64,000 nt of DNA from the NCBI RefSeq assembly GCF_000143415.4, contig NW_003314262.1, positions 2,053,046 through 2,117,045 on the forward strand, read 5' to 3'. Origin of the DNA: Selaginella moellendorffii (lineage: Eukaryota; Plantae; Lycopodiophyta). The notes under the pieces were generated by a model. The model saw only the letters and a list, made by a program, of their open reading frames with translations, was not told where the DNA came from and made no database searches. The translations under genes and the position numbers were made by a program. Below, one piece after another: positions 23,150-35,054 of this stretch (positions are counted from its first letter, which is position 1; every line of letters begins with the position of its first letter).

Positions 23150-24001
23150 TGGATAGGATGGATCGATCGAATCGATCGATTCGATCTTGCCCTCTCAAGA
23201 ACCCTAGAAATATTTTTTCTTTTTTCAAGAGTTATCTCCTAGAACCCTAAAAAACGAGCCTATAGATGCCGTCACTCTCGCCCTTTCTCGAGGAGGAAGA
23301 AGAGAATATCGTCCATTTTTTTTTTTCTGTGAGGGCTAGAGCTACGCGACGTAGAGAGAGCTGAAGGAGAGAGCGCCGCGCGATGGCGATGAGGAAGATC
23401 CAAGGCGGGGAATCGGCGTAGACGAGGCGCTGCGCTCGGTAATCGTCGCTGGCAGTGTGGGCAATCTTAGGGTTCTTCGTCGGGCGGAGGCGAGGAGAGG
23501 CCTTCTTCTCGTCTCTAGGGTCTGAATCTCGACGCCGGAGCTGAAATGCGGCCGTGGAGCTGAAATGCAGCTATGGAGCACGAATGCTGGCATTGTTCTT
23601 GGATTGGGAGAGCGCGCGCGGTAAGTTCCAGAGGCCAATGGCTGGGGTTTTGGAGCTCTGTGAGATTCTGGGATTAGGGAGGAGGAGGATGGGAGTAGAA
23701 TCTAGTGCCAATGATCCTCACGCTGGCCCGGGCTGCTCGTCATCGGCACTAGGCAATGCTAAATCATCAAGAGGATGATCCTGGGACACTCACAGGGACA
23801 GATTTTCGAGGTTTTTGGCTCTCTCACACTCTCTCTTTCCATCGGGGCGGGGATTTCTTCCAGCGAAAAATTGGGAGAGGACTACTTAAGAACAGGGAAT
23901 TCCCACGAGCTTGGGAGAAGCTCGCGCGTTTAGACTGGACGAGGTCCACGAGTTTGAAGACGCTTCCATGACCTGGAGTTTCTCGCTGGGCATTGGAGAA
24001 G

Positions 24002-27000
24002 ATGCCATCTTGGTGGGGAAAGTCGTCCTCCAAGGATGGAGGAGGGAAAAAGGAGAACATCCTCAGCTCGTTGTTATATCCTCCAAAGAGGAGGAAGAAC
24101 AAGCAGCAGCAAGCCAAGGAAGAAGAGATATGCGTCAAGTCTGTCGGGGCAGCCGAGGCTGCGCCATTAGCTCGGACCTCTCCCTCGGCTGCGGTTGGCC
24201 GCTCGGCGAGTTTCGGCGGTCTGCCGTCTCAAGCGCAGCCTCTTCCATTGCCTCCCGGGGAAAAGCACTCGCGAAAGTCGGGCAATGCGGTAATGCAGCG
24301 GTATCCTTCGTTTCCTCTGCCGCCTCGCAAGGATGGTATTGATATGGAGGTTGGCTACACCGAGTCTGGATCTGCCTCGAGCACGAGCTCTTTGGGAAGC
24401 TCGGACGTGGTCGACACGGCGCATGGAACCGTGGCTGCTCGCGTGGGGAATCTCAGAGTGCTCACAAAACCGGATCAGTCGTTGACTTTGTAAGTTCTCG
24501 TGTTTGTCTTTCTCTGTTGTCTCTGTTCTGATGTTTTCCTTGGTGGAACCTGTTGCAGCTCCCAAGCACAAACCAGACACGGGGTTTCCTGTCCCACCAG
24601 TCCGCACTTACGGAATAATTTCCTCGTGAATGTTCCTGGCGAGGCCTTGACGTATGGAAGGAACCATGGTATCTTGAATGCGACACGAGACAGCTACATG
24701 GTGAGCCCCGTGAGAAGCACGATACTTACAACTGCGGAGATGCTCTCCGCGACGCCGAGATCGCTGCAGTCAACTCCTGATCCTGCCTCTGGTCATGGTT
24801 CCAGTCCGGGGTCGGGGCACAACTCAACTGTTGATACTGGACAGACATCGTGGTGCCAAAGCCGTGCTAGTCCGGAGTTGTCTCCAAACCCGAGCCCGAG
24901 GAGGAGTCCAGGCCCAAGTTCGAGAGTTCAGAGCCAAGCAGTGTCTCCTCTACATAAGAGAGCTGGCGGGTCCGATCAGGAAAGATATCATCTCGAGGTT
25001 TCTGCGCACCGTCTACCGCTGCCTCCTGCTGTTCCTTCTCCGCTGGTGGCTTCGAATTTCCCACCGTCGCCAAATGCGTCCGCAGTTCCTCCTCGCAGTC
25101 CAAACAGATCAGATTCTCCTACTACCTCGACGACGAAGTGGCAAAAAGGGAAGCTCATCGGCAGGGGAAGCTTTGGAAATGTTTACGTTGGCTTTGACAG
25201 GTGCGGTCACTGTGAGATCTTAAATTCCTGCCTCTTCTAACATTTTTGTTTCAGTGAGAATGTCGGCCGCATGTGTGCCATGAAGGAAGTTCCGCTTTTA
25301 TCAGACGATTCCAAGTCAAAAGAAAGTGTAAAGCAGCTAAGTCAGGTACGAAGAACTTTGAATGCTTCAAGCTTACAAGGCGATCATTTCTAAACCTTCA
25401 GGAAATAGCAACTCTTAGCCGGTTGCGACATACCAACATTGTACAGTATTACGGATCGGAAACGGTAGTCAAGCTCCACTTTGCATTCAAGCATGAACGT
25501 TCGATTTTCAGATGGAGGATGGCTTATATATTTACCTCGAGTATGTGTCCGGGGGATCGATTCACAAGCTTCTTCAGGAGTATGGTGCATTCAAGGAGCC
25601 TGTGATTCGCAGCTACACGCGTCAAATTCTCTCGGGGCTGGCTTACCTTCATAGCACAAGCACAGTACACAGGTATGCCCCTTCAACTCACCACCATCAC
25701 GTATTTATAGGCATATTAATCTTTTGAATGCCAGGGACATCAAAGGAGCCAACATTCTAGTCGACACTAATGGAATTGTGAAACTTGCTGATTTTGGCAT
25801 GGCGAAACACGTACTAAATGTTTTCTCCTTGTTTTTGTCGTTATTGTTGACGAGTGTCTCTGTGTTTCAGCTGAGCGTCGAGTCTTTCCCACTTTCTTTT
25901 AAGGGAAGTCCGTATTGGATGGCGCCTGAGGTTCGTGTTTCTTTTTCAAGCACGAGTCGGCTCTTCTTACTGGATTACTTTCCAGGTGATCAAACAAACA
26001 CATGGATACGATCTCTCTGTGGACGTTTGGAGCCTTGGCTGCACGGTTCTGGAGATGGCGACAGCAAAGCCTCCATGGAGCCAATATGAAGGGGTCAGTT
26101 ACCTTTGTCCTTCGCTTTTCCATTTCTTCTGCTAATAGTTACTTCTCTCTCAGATAGCAGCCATGTTTAAAATCGGGAACAGCAAAGAAATCCCATCCAT
26201 ACCGGAGTACCTGACTAGAGAATGTAAAAACTTTTTGCGGCTCTGCTTGCAGAGGAATCCGGCAGAGAGGCCCACCGCTACATTTCTGTTGGGACATCCT
26301 TTCGTGTGCAATGCGCCTCCAGTATGTACTCCAGACGATCGATGCGATATAGCTGCAAAGGCGAGCACATTTGTCGGCTCTCTGGTACGTTTTCAAGCAC
26401 ATTTTTCTTTCTGAAAGTTCTATTTTATATCTCTCTTCTAACTCTGCCAAAGGCCATCGGGAGTCGCATCCACGAATACGATTCAGTGCTGCATCCGAAA
26501 ACAATCCTACACTCACCAACCAGGTTGGTGCCGCAGGCCTAGAAATGTTTTTCTTTGTTTCTTTGATGCGATCTTTTCCTTTGTAGCGAGCAACTCTCTC
26601 CCCGTGCTCAAGGATTTGCATCGTCGTCAGTGTCTCCTTGCGCCAGCCCGAAAATCAGAGCCCTGTCACCTCACCACCTCCACCTCGGAATATCATCGTC
26701 ACAGTCGTCGTCACCGGTTATCAGCTCGGGCTCTTCCACGCCTATCACTGGAGGCTATGGCAACGTACCACGCTCAGCAAACGGCAGCTTTGGGGTCCCC
26801 ACGCTACACAACGAGCACCACAACTTCCAGAAGCTAGGCCTCACAGGTGGAAGCCCGGTTCGAAAGAACGGGATGTGGAGCATTCCTCCGTCGCCTCCGT
26901 TTGAAGGGAGCCCGAGACAGGGAAGTCCGAGGCAGGGAAGCCCGAGACAAAGCACGGACATCCTGGGCATGGCACTGGGAAGAGTCCCTCGCGAGGACGA

Positions 27001-27106
27001 TGACTACCATGAGCACTTCTCCCAGCAGCTACTCCGATCACAGCAGATGTTCCCACGCACTTACTTTCATCACGGCCATCCTGAGAAACGCGAGCCGACT
27101 CACTGA
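24002..27106 (+). CDS. YDA: YODA-like MAP kinase kinase kinase (MEKK subfamily), multi-exon
   Basis: [12 protein letters not shown]-terminus, AQPLPLP and AHRLPLPP motifs, kinase domain [14 protein letters not shown]…CAMKEV…YLEYVSGGS…[12 protein letters not shown]…[10 protein letters not shown]…[12 protein letters not shown]; Ser/Pro-rich tail. Confidence 0.88.
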
Positions 27107-27476
27107 CTGACGCGTAAGTTCCATCTTTTCGCAGTGGAAGGCTCTTGACTCGTTTGGTTTTCTTTTTCTTGCTTCCACCAGGCTTGGAACTCGTCGCCAT
27201 CTTTTACCAGCTCAACGGAACACAAGTGATCGTTTAACAGACGTTTGTTTATCTGGCTTGGATCGTCCACAGGGTTTTCACGATTCAGTCCCAATCTCGT
27301 AGGATAAAATGCCAAAGTGGCTGCGACTATACACGATTCATCCCCATCAGATAAAAAGCAAAATCTGATCGACTTTTTATTTGTACTAACACCTTGATTC
27401 AACAAAAGAGAGCTTTTATCAGTGGTGAAAACGATGCGAGCGCGAGCGAGCGAAGCCTTAGGTGTGTTGTTAGACT

Positions 27477-28763
27477 TCAAGAGAGAACGCGAGTATCATC
27501 AAACTGGAGCTGGAAGTTTTTGGAGAAGAGTACGCGCCATCCTAGAGAGCACGCGAACAGGCAGCTCAAAGCTGAGGCGCCGAGTAGCATGTACAGGACC
27601 TGGATTTGCATCTGGACGGCCTCGAGCGGAGACGAGCCTCCCATGAGCATTCCCGTCATGGAGCCAGGCATGGAAACCAGGCCGACGGTCTTGAGGGAGT
27701 CCACGATCGGTCCCATTCCTTGGAGGATTGCTCGGCGAATGTAGGGGTGGACTGCCTGCGCGGGAGTGGCACCCAGCGCAAGAGCCAGTTCTATCTGATC
27801 GATCACACGAACAAGAATCCAAAGATAAGAAACAAAGGTGATGGTAAGGAAAACATCCACTCACTTGTCCCTGGTGGACGTAGATGTCGTGACGAAGCCT
27901 CTCCAGTGTGGTTCCAACGATGCTCATCGAGTTTCCAATCACATATCCGGCAGTCGGGACGATATACCGGGCTTTGAATTCGTAGACTCTGAGGAGAAGC
28001 ATCAGCGCCAGCGTCCCGGCGGCGCCGACTGCCAGTGACAAAGTCGCCACCATTCTGCTCTTGGGAAGCTCCTTGGATCGCTTACCGGCAGTATGTCCAG
28101 AGACCAGGATCTGATACAAGAAAACCATGAAGTTTGTAAAAAGGAGACGACAGGAAATTACCATGAAGAGGATGGCGAACGAGCACATGTAGATCTTCTC
28201 GCCCTCGAAGATGAACTTGAGAGCGTAGCCGAGTCCCACAAGTTGTATCGACGACCGGAAAATCGAGACGAGGATATCGCCCTCGAATCCAATCCCGAGC
28301 TTGTGCGAGACTGCGACGGCAAGCGCGACTGGCACAAAAGTTCCCACCAAACGTCGACATTCTGGCGATTGGAACGATTCCTTGAGCGTGGTGGCCAAGC
28401 TTGGAAGCTGCGAAAGAAGAAACGATTTAATCGAAAGTAGAGAGAGAGAGAGAAAAGAACAAACAACAAAAAATCATTCTTCCAGTCCAGTCCAATAAAG
28501 AAACATAATCTTCCAAAACGAAGGAGCTATGATCTTGTGGCTATTTCTCCCTTTTCACGCAAGGAAATAAAAAACAATGCCAGAGACAGACAAAATCTCA
28601 CGACACGATCTGGCATTCAAGACAGGAATCGACACACGGCAGCAATGAAATAGGAATCAGACACGGAAAGAGAGCGGATTGGATCCAGCAATCCATCAAA
28701 GCGAACTCACATGGAACACGCAACAACATCCAAATCGCCGACGGCGCCAACAGCGCCTTCCAT
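27477..28763 (-). CDS. ALS3: UPF0014-family ABC transporter membrane subunit (ALS3/STAR2-like); 5' exon tentative
   Basis: LGIGFEGDILVSIFRSSIQLVGLGYALKFIF…ARYIVPTAGYVIGNSM…IELALALGATP…PIVDSLKTVGLVSMPGSMTGMLMGGSSPLEAVQMQI; candidate ATG at 28763 is in frame only if an AAG acceptor near 28400 is used. Confidence 0.85.
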
Positions 28764-28939
28764 CTCCTCTCTGGCGCCGTCGCTCTTCCTCCAATCGCCA
28801 CGAAATACTTCGCCCTAGAAGCGCGCCACAGTGAGGCAAGAGAATGCCCGCCATTTATCCATTCATCCCAACGAGGAGTCGAATTCTAGCTTAGGGGTAA
28901 AAGTAATTTTAGGGTTCTTCGTTAAAGAGGAAGAAGACG

Positions 28940-29422
28940 ATGGATTTCCTCTCGCTGGCGCTGGTGCTGCTCGCCCTAATCCACGGCCAAGCCATGGATC
29001 TCTCGATCGGCACTGGCGGCAATGACACGATGACTGCGCAGGATCTGCTGGAGCGCAATGGATTTCCAGGGGGCTTGCTGCCCAGCAACGTCGAGGGCTA
29101 CACGCTCGACAACAGCGGCCGATTCGTGCTCAAGCTCGACGCCAAATGCGACGTGACCATCCCGGACGCGTATCCGGTGGAGTACAGGGCCAAGATCGAG
29201 GGATTGCTGTCCTATGGATCGATTAAAGATCTCTCGGGAGTTTATGTCAAGGTGTTCTTGGTGTGGTGGGAGCTGACTGGGATCTACATGGAGAACGAGA
29301 AGGTGGTGTTCCAGGTGGGAATTCTCTCGGCCTCTTACCCCGCTTCCAATTTTGATGAGAGCCCCGACTGTGGCAGTAAAGCATCCTCCTCCTCCACGAC
29401 TCTAGATCGCTCCACTCACTAA
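28940..29422 (+). CDS. DUF538-family secreted protein
   Basis: Signal peptide, then TAQDLLERNGFPGGLLPSNVEGYTLD…GSIKDLSGVYVKVFLVWW…FQVGILSASYPASNFDESPDC. Confidence 0.9.
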   Translation: MDFLSLALVLLALIHGQAMDLSIGTGGNDTMTAQDLLERNGFPGGLLPSNVEGYTLDNSGRFVLKLDAKCDVTIPDAYPVEYRAKIEGLLSYGSIKDLSGVYVKVFLVWWELTGIYMENEKVVFQVGILSASYPASNFDESPDCGSKASSSSTTLDRSTH

Positions 29423-29439
29423 AATCTCTTCTTTCTTCT

Positions 29440-29770
29440 TCCTTTCTATCGATCATTGTATTCTTTTCTTTGTCCTACTGTTCTTCGTTGCCTATCGATC
29501 ATCGCATTCTTCTCTTTGTCCTACTGTTCTTCGTTGTCGATCGATCATCGCATTCTTTTGCTTCTCTTCCCTGTTCTTCGTTTCTTTGGTTTTTGCAAAA
29601 TCTACTAGCAAACCTTTTGCTCCGCGAATTTCTTATCGATCGCTATACAAAGTTCGAGATGATCTTCTTCGTTCTTTCTTTGTCAAGCCTGGATCGATCT
29701 ACAGTACTTCTTTTACTTGTTCGTTTCTTCTCATCATCGCATTCTAAATTCTTTCCTTCTATCGAACTTC
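29440..29770 (+). repeat. Degenerate ~40-50-bp tandem repeat (…CTACTGTTCTTCGTTG…TCGATCATCGCATTCT) downstream of the DUF538 stop
   Basis: TTTGTCCTACTGTTCTTCGTTG recurs at ~29470 and ~29515; TCGATCATCGCATTCT-like motifs recur several times. Confidence 0.6.
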
Positions 29771-29925
29771 TTTCGCTAGAAAAATTTCTTTGTAAGCTTC
29801 CTTTCGATGATGAAAAAATTTCCACTGTATAAAACAAGCGCAATAATATAAAAGAAATTTCCTCTTGCTTTCCATTGGTCAGCAAAAGTCAATTTCAATC
29901 AAACCTTTTCGCCCCCCAGTTCAAT

Positions 29926-30041
29926 CCACGTGTCAACCTCGCAATCCCGACACGTAGCAGCTGCCACAAGCCTCCACGCGTCCGTCTACATGGACACGTG
30001 TAGCCGTGCATGGCGCTAGTCGCTGCCTTGCCAACACGTGA
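29926..30041 (+). promoter_or_regulatory. ABRE/CE3 cluster in the LEA gene promoter
   Basis: CCACGTGTC (29926), GACACGTAG (29949), CCACGCGTC (29974, CE3-like), GACACGTGT (29993), ACACGTGA (30034), all within 270 bp of the LEA ATG. Confidence 0.7.
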
Positions 30042-30193
30042 CACCTCGCGGCAGTTCTTGAAAAGAGGCCGACGAACGTTTCGCAAGCACATCGTTTGCC
30101 CAAAAGTTCTATCATTCTCTCTAGCGTTCTTCATCTAGGAAAGGAAAAAGGAGTTTAATCTTCTCTCTCGCGCACGCAAGCAAAGCTATAGCT

Positions 30194-31223
30194 ATGGCGG
30201 ATCAGGCAAACAAGGTGAAGGAGGCCGGCCACGAGAGCGCCGATAAGGCCGCTCAGCACGCCAAGGTTTGTGTGGATTTCTTTCTTGGATCCCAGAAATC
30301 TGCCATCTTTGCAAGATCTCCAGCTTGTAGATCCATGTACATGGCGATATTTCTTCTCCATCCCTGATTTTTCTTGGAATTTTGGTTTCTATTTTTTTCT
30401 TTTGGTTCTACTCTTCTCCTGTTCGATCCATGTTTTCCATCTCCAGCACTTTGCCACCTTGGTCTTGTGTGTTCTTTGAAAAATTCTACAGCTCTCTCGA
30501 TTGATCTTATCATTTTTTTCGTTTGGAATCTCTCCCAGGGCGCTGGCCAGAAGGCAAGCGAGACCACTCACGGCTTGGGGCAGGCCGCCAGCGAGAAAAC
30601 TCACGCCGCCATGGATCAATCCAAGGGAACCGGCCAGACGGCAGCGGACAAGGCTCGTGCCACCAAGGATACCGCCGCGGACAAGGCATATGCCACCAAG
30701 GACACGGTGGCGGACAAGGCATATGCCGCCAAGGACACGGTGGCGGACAAGGCCTATGCCGCCAAGGACCAGACCGCGGCCACCGCGAACCAGGCGGGTG
30801 ACAAGACCAAGTCGGCCGCGGACGTGGTGACGGAGAAGGCGTACGCGGCCAAGGATACGACGCAGGATACGGCGTCGGGATACATGCAGTCGGCTACGGA
30901 TGCGGCATACGCTGCCAAGGATCAAGCTGCCGGACTCGTCCAGAAGGTAAGCCAAAAAATCCTCTTCCAAGATGTTGCGTTTCTTTGGTCGTGTTCGCTT
31001 GGTTTGAATAGATATTTGCTAGGGTTGTTAGTTTCGCTCGTTTGGTTTCTCAATTCTCGCCTAGTCTCTCATTTTCGATCTCTAAAGTTGGTGGATTGTT
31101 TGGCAGGCTACCGATACTGCGAAGCAAGCTTACGAGAAGACCAAGGAGACTATCGGTCTGGGCGGTCCCGGGAACAACACCAACACGCCTCTGAGCGGTA
31201 GCGGTAACAACACCACTCAGTAG
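30194..31223 (+). CDS. Group 3 LEA (LEA_4-type) protein, 3 exons
   Basis: MADQANKVKEAGHESADKAAQHAK / GAGQKASE…(T[A/V]ADKAYAAKD)n 11-mer repeats (33-bp units) / ATDTAKQAYEKTKETIGLGG…*; GT-AG introns. Confidence 0.88.
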
Positions 31224-31981
31224 TCTTTCATTCAGCAGCAGCACACGGGAAAAAAGAAAAAAAAGAAAAGGAAAAACGGGATATTTGGACAGTCGCGTTT
31301 TTTTATTTTTATTTTTTTTGTTCCCTTTTTAGTGCCAGTGCGCTGGGGATCTTCCAGTCACTGTTTTGGAAAAATTGGAATCCAAGGAATCTTGTCGTTT
31401 CATTTATTGAATTTTTTTGGAACCGAGATTGCCACATCTGGCTTTGGCATTGGCATTTTGACGCAAGACAGAATGATCTCGAGTCCAAACAGGTCCAATT
31501 TTTTTTTTTCGAAAAATACCGCTACAGAAGTTCTTAGATTCTGAGTTAGTGAAGAGAGACGTCGCGCTGCGGCATTCGATCGAAGACCTCACAGTAGCGA
31601 CGACGCGGGCGATGTAGTCCGCGATTGAAGAGATTGTTGGCGAAAAATGATCGCCTCTTTGGAATCAACAGAGAGGTTTATTCCAGCTGCGTTTAGGGTT
31701 GTTTAACCATTATCGAACGTGATCATATCTTGCCATGAATCTTCCAGTTTTTAGATTTGGAAAGATTGCCGGATGCTAGCCTCGCCGTTATTTCCAATTG
31801 TATGATCTAATAAACAATTTTAAAGCAAACATTCAAAGTCATCCATGTGCACCTGAGAACGTGTCCCGCTTTTTCAGAAACCAGGAGACTGAAGAAATTT
31901 CTCCTCACGGCAAAGCATAAAAACCCAAACCTTTCAGATAACTTATAACACAAAACAGTGATCGAGAGTTTCAGATCTCCA

Positions 31982-32641
31982 ATGGCTTTGAATACATTCC
32001 TTGTAGCTCTCACATTTCTCTCCTCGGCTCGCATCTTCTCTCTTGTGGAAGCTGCCGACCCCGATCCACTCCAGGACTTTTGCATCCCCAGCAACACCTT
32101 GATCGAAGGCTCTCCCTGCAAGCCATACTCCCAAGTCACCTCCAAAGACTTCTACTCGAGCCTCCTCCGCACCAACACCGATACTACAAACACCCTCAAC
32201 CCTCTCTTCAACTTCTCGCAAGCCATCGTCACCACTTTCCCGGCTCTCAACACCATGGGACTGTCCATGGCGCGGATCTATCTCGGGCCCAAGGGTGTTG
32301 CCAGGACTCATACTCATCCCCGGGCGAGCGAGCTTGTTTACGTCGAGAAGGGTGTTGTGGAGGCTGGCTTCGTGGACACGAACAACAAGCTTTTTGCCCA
32401 CAAGATGCGTGCCAGTGATCTGTTCGTGATCCCGCGAGGCGTGCTTCACTACGTGGTGAATGTTGGACGAGAGCAGGCAATTGTTTTGGCTGTGCTCAAC
32501 AGCCAGAATCCTTCTTTCCAGATACCATCGTTTGCATTGTTTGGACCAAAGTTGCCATATGAAGTCCTGGAAGCGTCATTCAGTCTCAACAGGACCACTA
32601 TTGATGCACTGCACGAGATCTACAAGAATGTAATCGCTTGA
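31982..32641 (+). CDS. Germin-like protein (cupin), intact and intronless (GLP1 here)
   Basis: Signal peptide; DPDPLQDFC…PCKP; FPALNTMGLSMARI; HTHPRASE and PRGVLHY retain the His/His/Glu/His metal ligands. Confidence 0.93.
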   Translation: MALNTFLVALTFLSSARIFSLVEAADPDPLQDFCIPSNTLIEGSPCKPYSQVTSKDFYSSLLRTNTDTTNTLNPLFNFSQAIVTTFPALNTMGLSMARIYLGPKGVARTHTHPRASELVYVEKGVVEAGFVDTNNKLFAHKMRASDLFVIPRGVLHYVVNVGREQAIVLAVLNSQNPSFQIPSFALFGPKLPYEVLEASFSLNRTTIDALHEIYKNVIA

Positions 32642-33096
32642 GATTACAGAGCTCATATTTGTTTGTGGCATAAGCCACAATTCTATGAATAACAGTTAAT
32701 CATAATAATTTGGGCGATGTAAGAAGGAAATCCCGATCTTAAGAAGTTTTGAGAGGTCGTCGGTGATGTGGGAGATTTGCGTGGCGAGGAAGATGAGCAC
32801 GGCAAGGAGGAGGATCCAGAGGCATCGCAGCCGGGGATTGGGAGGGGGAACCACGTCCGCCGCTTGAAGGCATTGGGGGATTTGGCGAAGCTTACCAGCG
32901 TGTTAGAGAGATGCCACAGGCCCAGGGAGCCTTCCATGGAATTAATTTTGAAGTTTTATTCAGTAGTCAAAGACCTCTAGAATTTTGTGTCAACGTCAAA
33001 GCCCAGTCCTCCCTCCTTCCTCGAAACTCAGAAGTTCAACATTGTGCCTTCCAAGCAACAAAAATCAATCTCCCACATTATTCTATGAACTAAATC

Positions 33097-33384
33097 ATGC
33101 TTTATTTCGTTAAAGTGGGACTTTTCATTATCCCACTTATGGTGTGTGGCCACATGCCATTTTTATAACAACAATAAAAAATTGAAGTTTTAACTTTATA
33201 ATTTATAAATTAAAAACTTTTCATATGATTTTGTGTTATAATATTGTAAAATATAAAAAAATAAATTAAAAAACTGATAGAAATATTAATAAATATTAAT
33301 TAAGTACTAGGAAATGGCATGTGGACACATGCTAATTAATGTCCCACTTTACTGAATAAGTCCCATTTTAACGAAATAAAGCAT
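33097..33384. mobile_element. MITE-like element with terminal and subterminal inverted repeats
   Basis: ATGCTTTATTTCGTTAAAGTGGGACTT vs AAGTCCCATTTTAACGAAATAAAGCAT; inner CCACATGCCATTT vs AAATGGCATGTGG; AT-rich core; TSD not resolved. Confidence 0.8.
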
Positions 33385-33399
33385 AATCACTGTATGTAA

Positions 33400-33463
33400 T
33401 CCATTGTGCTATAGTCCTGTGGCTTTCACCCATGCGGCTCGGGTTCATATCCAGGCAATGCAA
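33400..33463 (+). pseudogene. tRNA-Glu(UUC) pseudogene with D-arm deletion
   Basis: TCCATTGT…TAGTCC…TGGCTTTCAC…CGGGTTCATATCCAGGCAATGCAA aligns with the intact tRNA at 37171-37244; both share the 5' flank ATGTAA. Confidence 0.8.
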
Positions 33464-33583
33464 ACATTTTATTTGTAGAACTATCACGTCTGAAAGTCTT
33501 TGAACAGCATTTTACCATTATATCATAAACGTGCAAAACTAGAATAAACATTGTATAGCCCTCATCAACTCACAGATCTTGCC

Positions 33584-33712
33584 ATGGCTCTCAAGATCAG
33601 GTTTGGCAGCTCTCTTCCTCTCACTTGCACAGATATTCCCTCTCAATGTTGTGACAGTGTCGAATCTAGATCCAGTCGAGGACTTCTGTATTCCAAGCGG
33701 AAGTTCTAGACA
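33584..33712 (+). pseudogene. 5' fragment of a germin-like gene (GLP2 type)
   Basis: Leader and 5' CDS (…CTTCCTCTCACTTGCACAGATATTCCCTCTCAATGTTGT…GATCCAGTCGAGGAC…) match 34062-34225; truncated. Confidence 0.8.
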
Positions 33713-34096
33713 ACCATGCACACCAAACCTCAAACCTATATAAGAAAAAGATCAATTCTACTATCTAAATTTTAAACATGCATTGGCAACAAAAAAACAA
33801 ACCTTGCGATTATGCTATGAACTAGCCAGGCTTTCACCAAGGCAACAATCTCAGAGATCACGTACATATCTACATAGAGAGATTTAATTTTAAAACGATT
33901 AGGTATAGATCTAACAGCGTATAGACACCGTAACATGGATTAAAAGTCTAAGATACAGATGATAAAGTACATATATTAGTTTTCTGTGGCTTTAGTTCGT
34001 AGACTGTTTGCAAGTCTCAAAACGTGCAAATATTCCGACCCCACTGATTTAAAGCCTCTGAACATTGTAGCCTTCATCAACTATACAGATTTTGCT

Positions 34097-34714
34097 ATGG
34101 CTTTCCAGATCAATCCGCTGTTGGCAGCTTTCTTCCTCTTCCTCTCACTTGCAAAGATCTTCCCTCTCAATGTTGTAACAGCGTCCGATCCAGATCCAGT
34201 CGAGGACATTTGCATTCCAAATGGACGTTCCAGTCGTTCCCAGGTATCTTCAAAGGACTTCTACTCTAGTGTGCTTCGAGACGGTGCTGTTGCCTCGAGC
34301 CCACCCAAGTCCTTCGCGTTCTCCCAAGCTATTGTGAGCACATTTCCGGGGCTCAACACAATGGGCTTTTCAGTGGCTCGGATCTATCTCGGGCCAGGAG
34401 GAGTGGTGAGAAGTCACGCTCATCCACGGGCAAGCGAGCTTGTTGATGTTGAAAAAGGTGTTATAGAGGTTGGATTTGTGGACTCAAACAACAAGCTCTT
34501 TGCTCACAACTTGAAAGAGGCCGAGGCATGCTTCACTATATCATGAATGTGGGAGCGACACAAAGTGTAGTTTTGGGCTTTCTAAACAGCCAGAATCCTG
34601 CCTTCCAGATCCCGTCCTTTGCATTGTTTGGACCAAAGCTGCCGTATGAAGTCCTGGAAGCGTCCTTCAGCCTCCATTGATGCGCTGCACGAAATTTATA
34701 AGGAATTCGTTTAG
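34097..34714 (+). pseudogene. Germin-like pseudogene (GLP2) with frameshifting deletions
   Basis: MAFQINPLL…DPDPVEDIC…HAHPRASE intact, but DLFVIPR is deleted at ~34523 and there is a second deletion at ~34672. Confidence 0.82.
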
Positions 34715-35054
34715 AAGCTTGATACATACAGACATATCTATCTATATGCTATTTATACTTCAAGCATGAGGGTTTCTAAGCGTTCCATCCTTTCATGTAT
34801 TAAGCGACAAGATTCAATCTAATCTCTGTAGCAATAAATTGTTGAAGATTCTTCTTTATTTAATTTTTCCTTATAAGCTTATTTGTTATTTAAATGCTTT
34901 AAGAATTTTTATACATTTGTATCACCAGATATATAGTTATTCTCAATAAACTATATATTCGTATTTCTTTGCCCTATTACTAATAATTTTGACTTGGCTT
35001 TGCAATACCAGCTTTTACGTGGCGTCCAAATCACGACAGCAAATAAAATCACTC

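Noticed and set aside
24301-24308. GTATCCTT resembling a U12 5' splice site in YDA
   Set aside because: Lies in an open coding exon and I see no TCCTTAAC-type branch site downstream
30641-30870. 33-bp tandem repeats as a possible CRISPR-like array
   Set aside because: No spacers; they encode LEA 11-mer repeats in a eukaryotic gene
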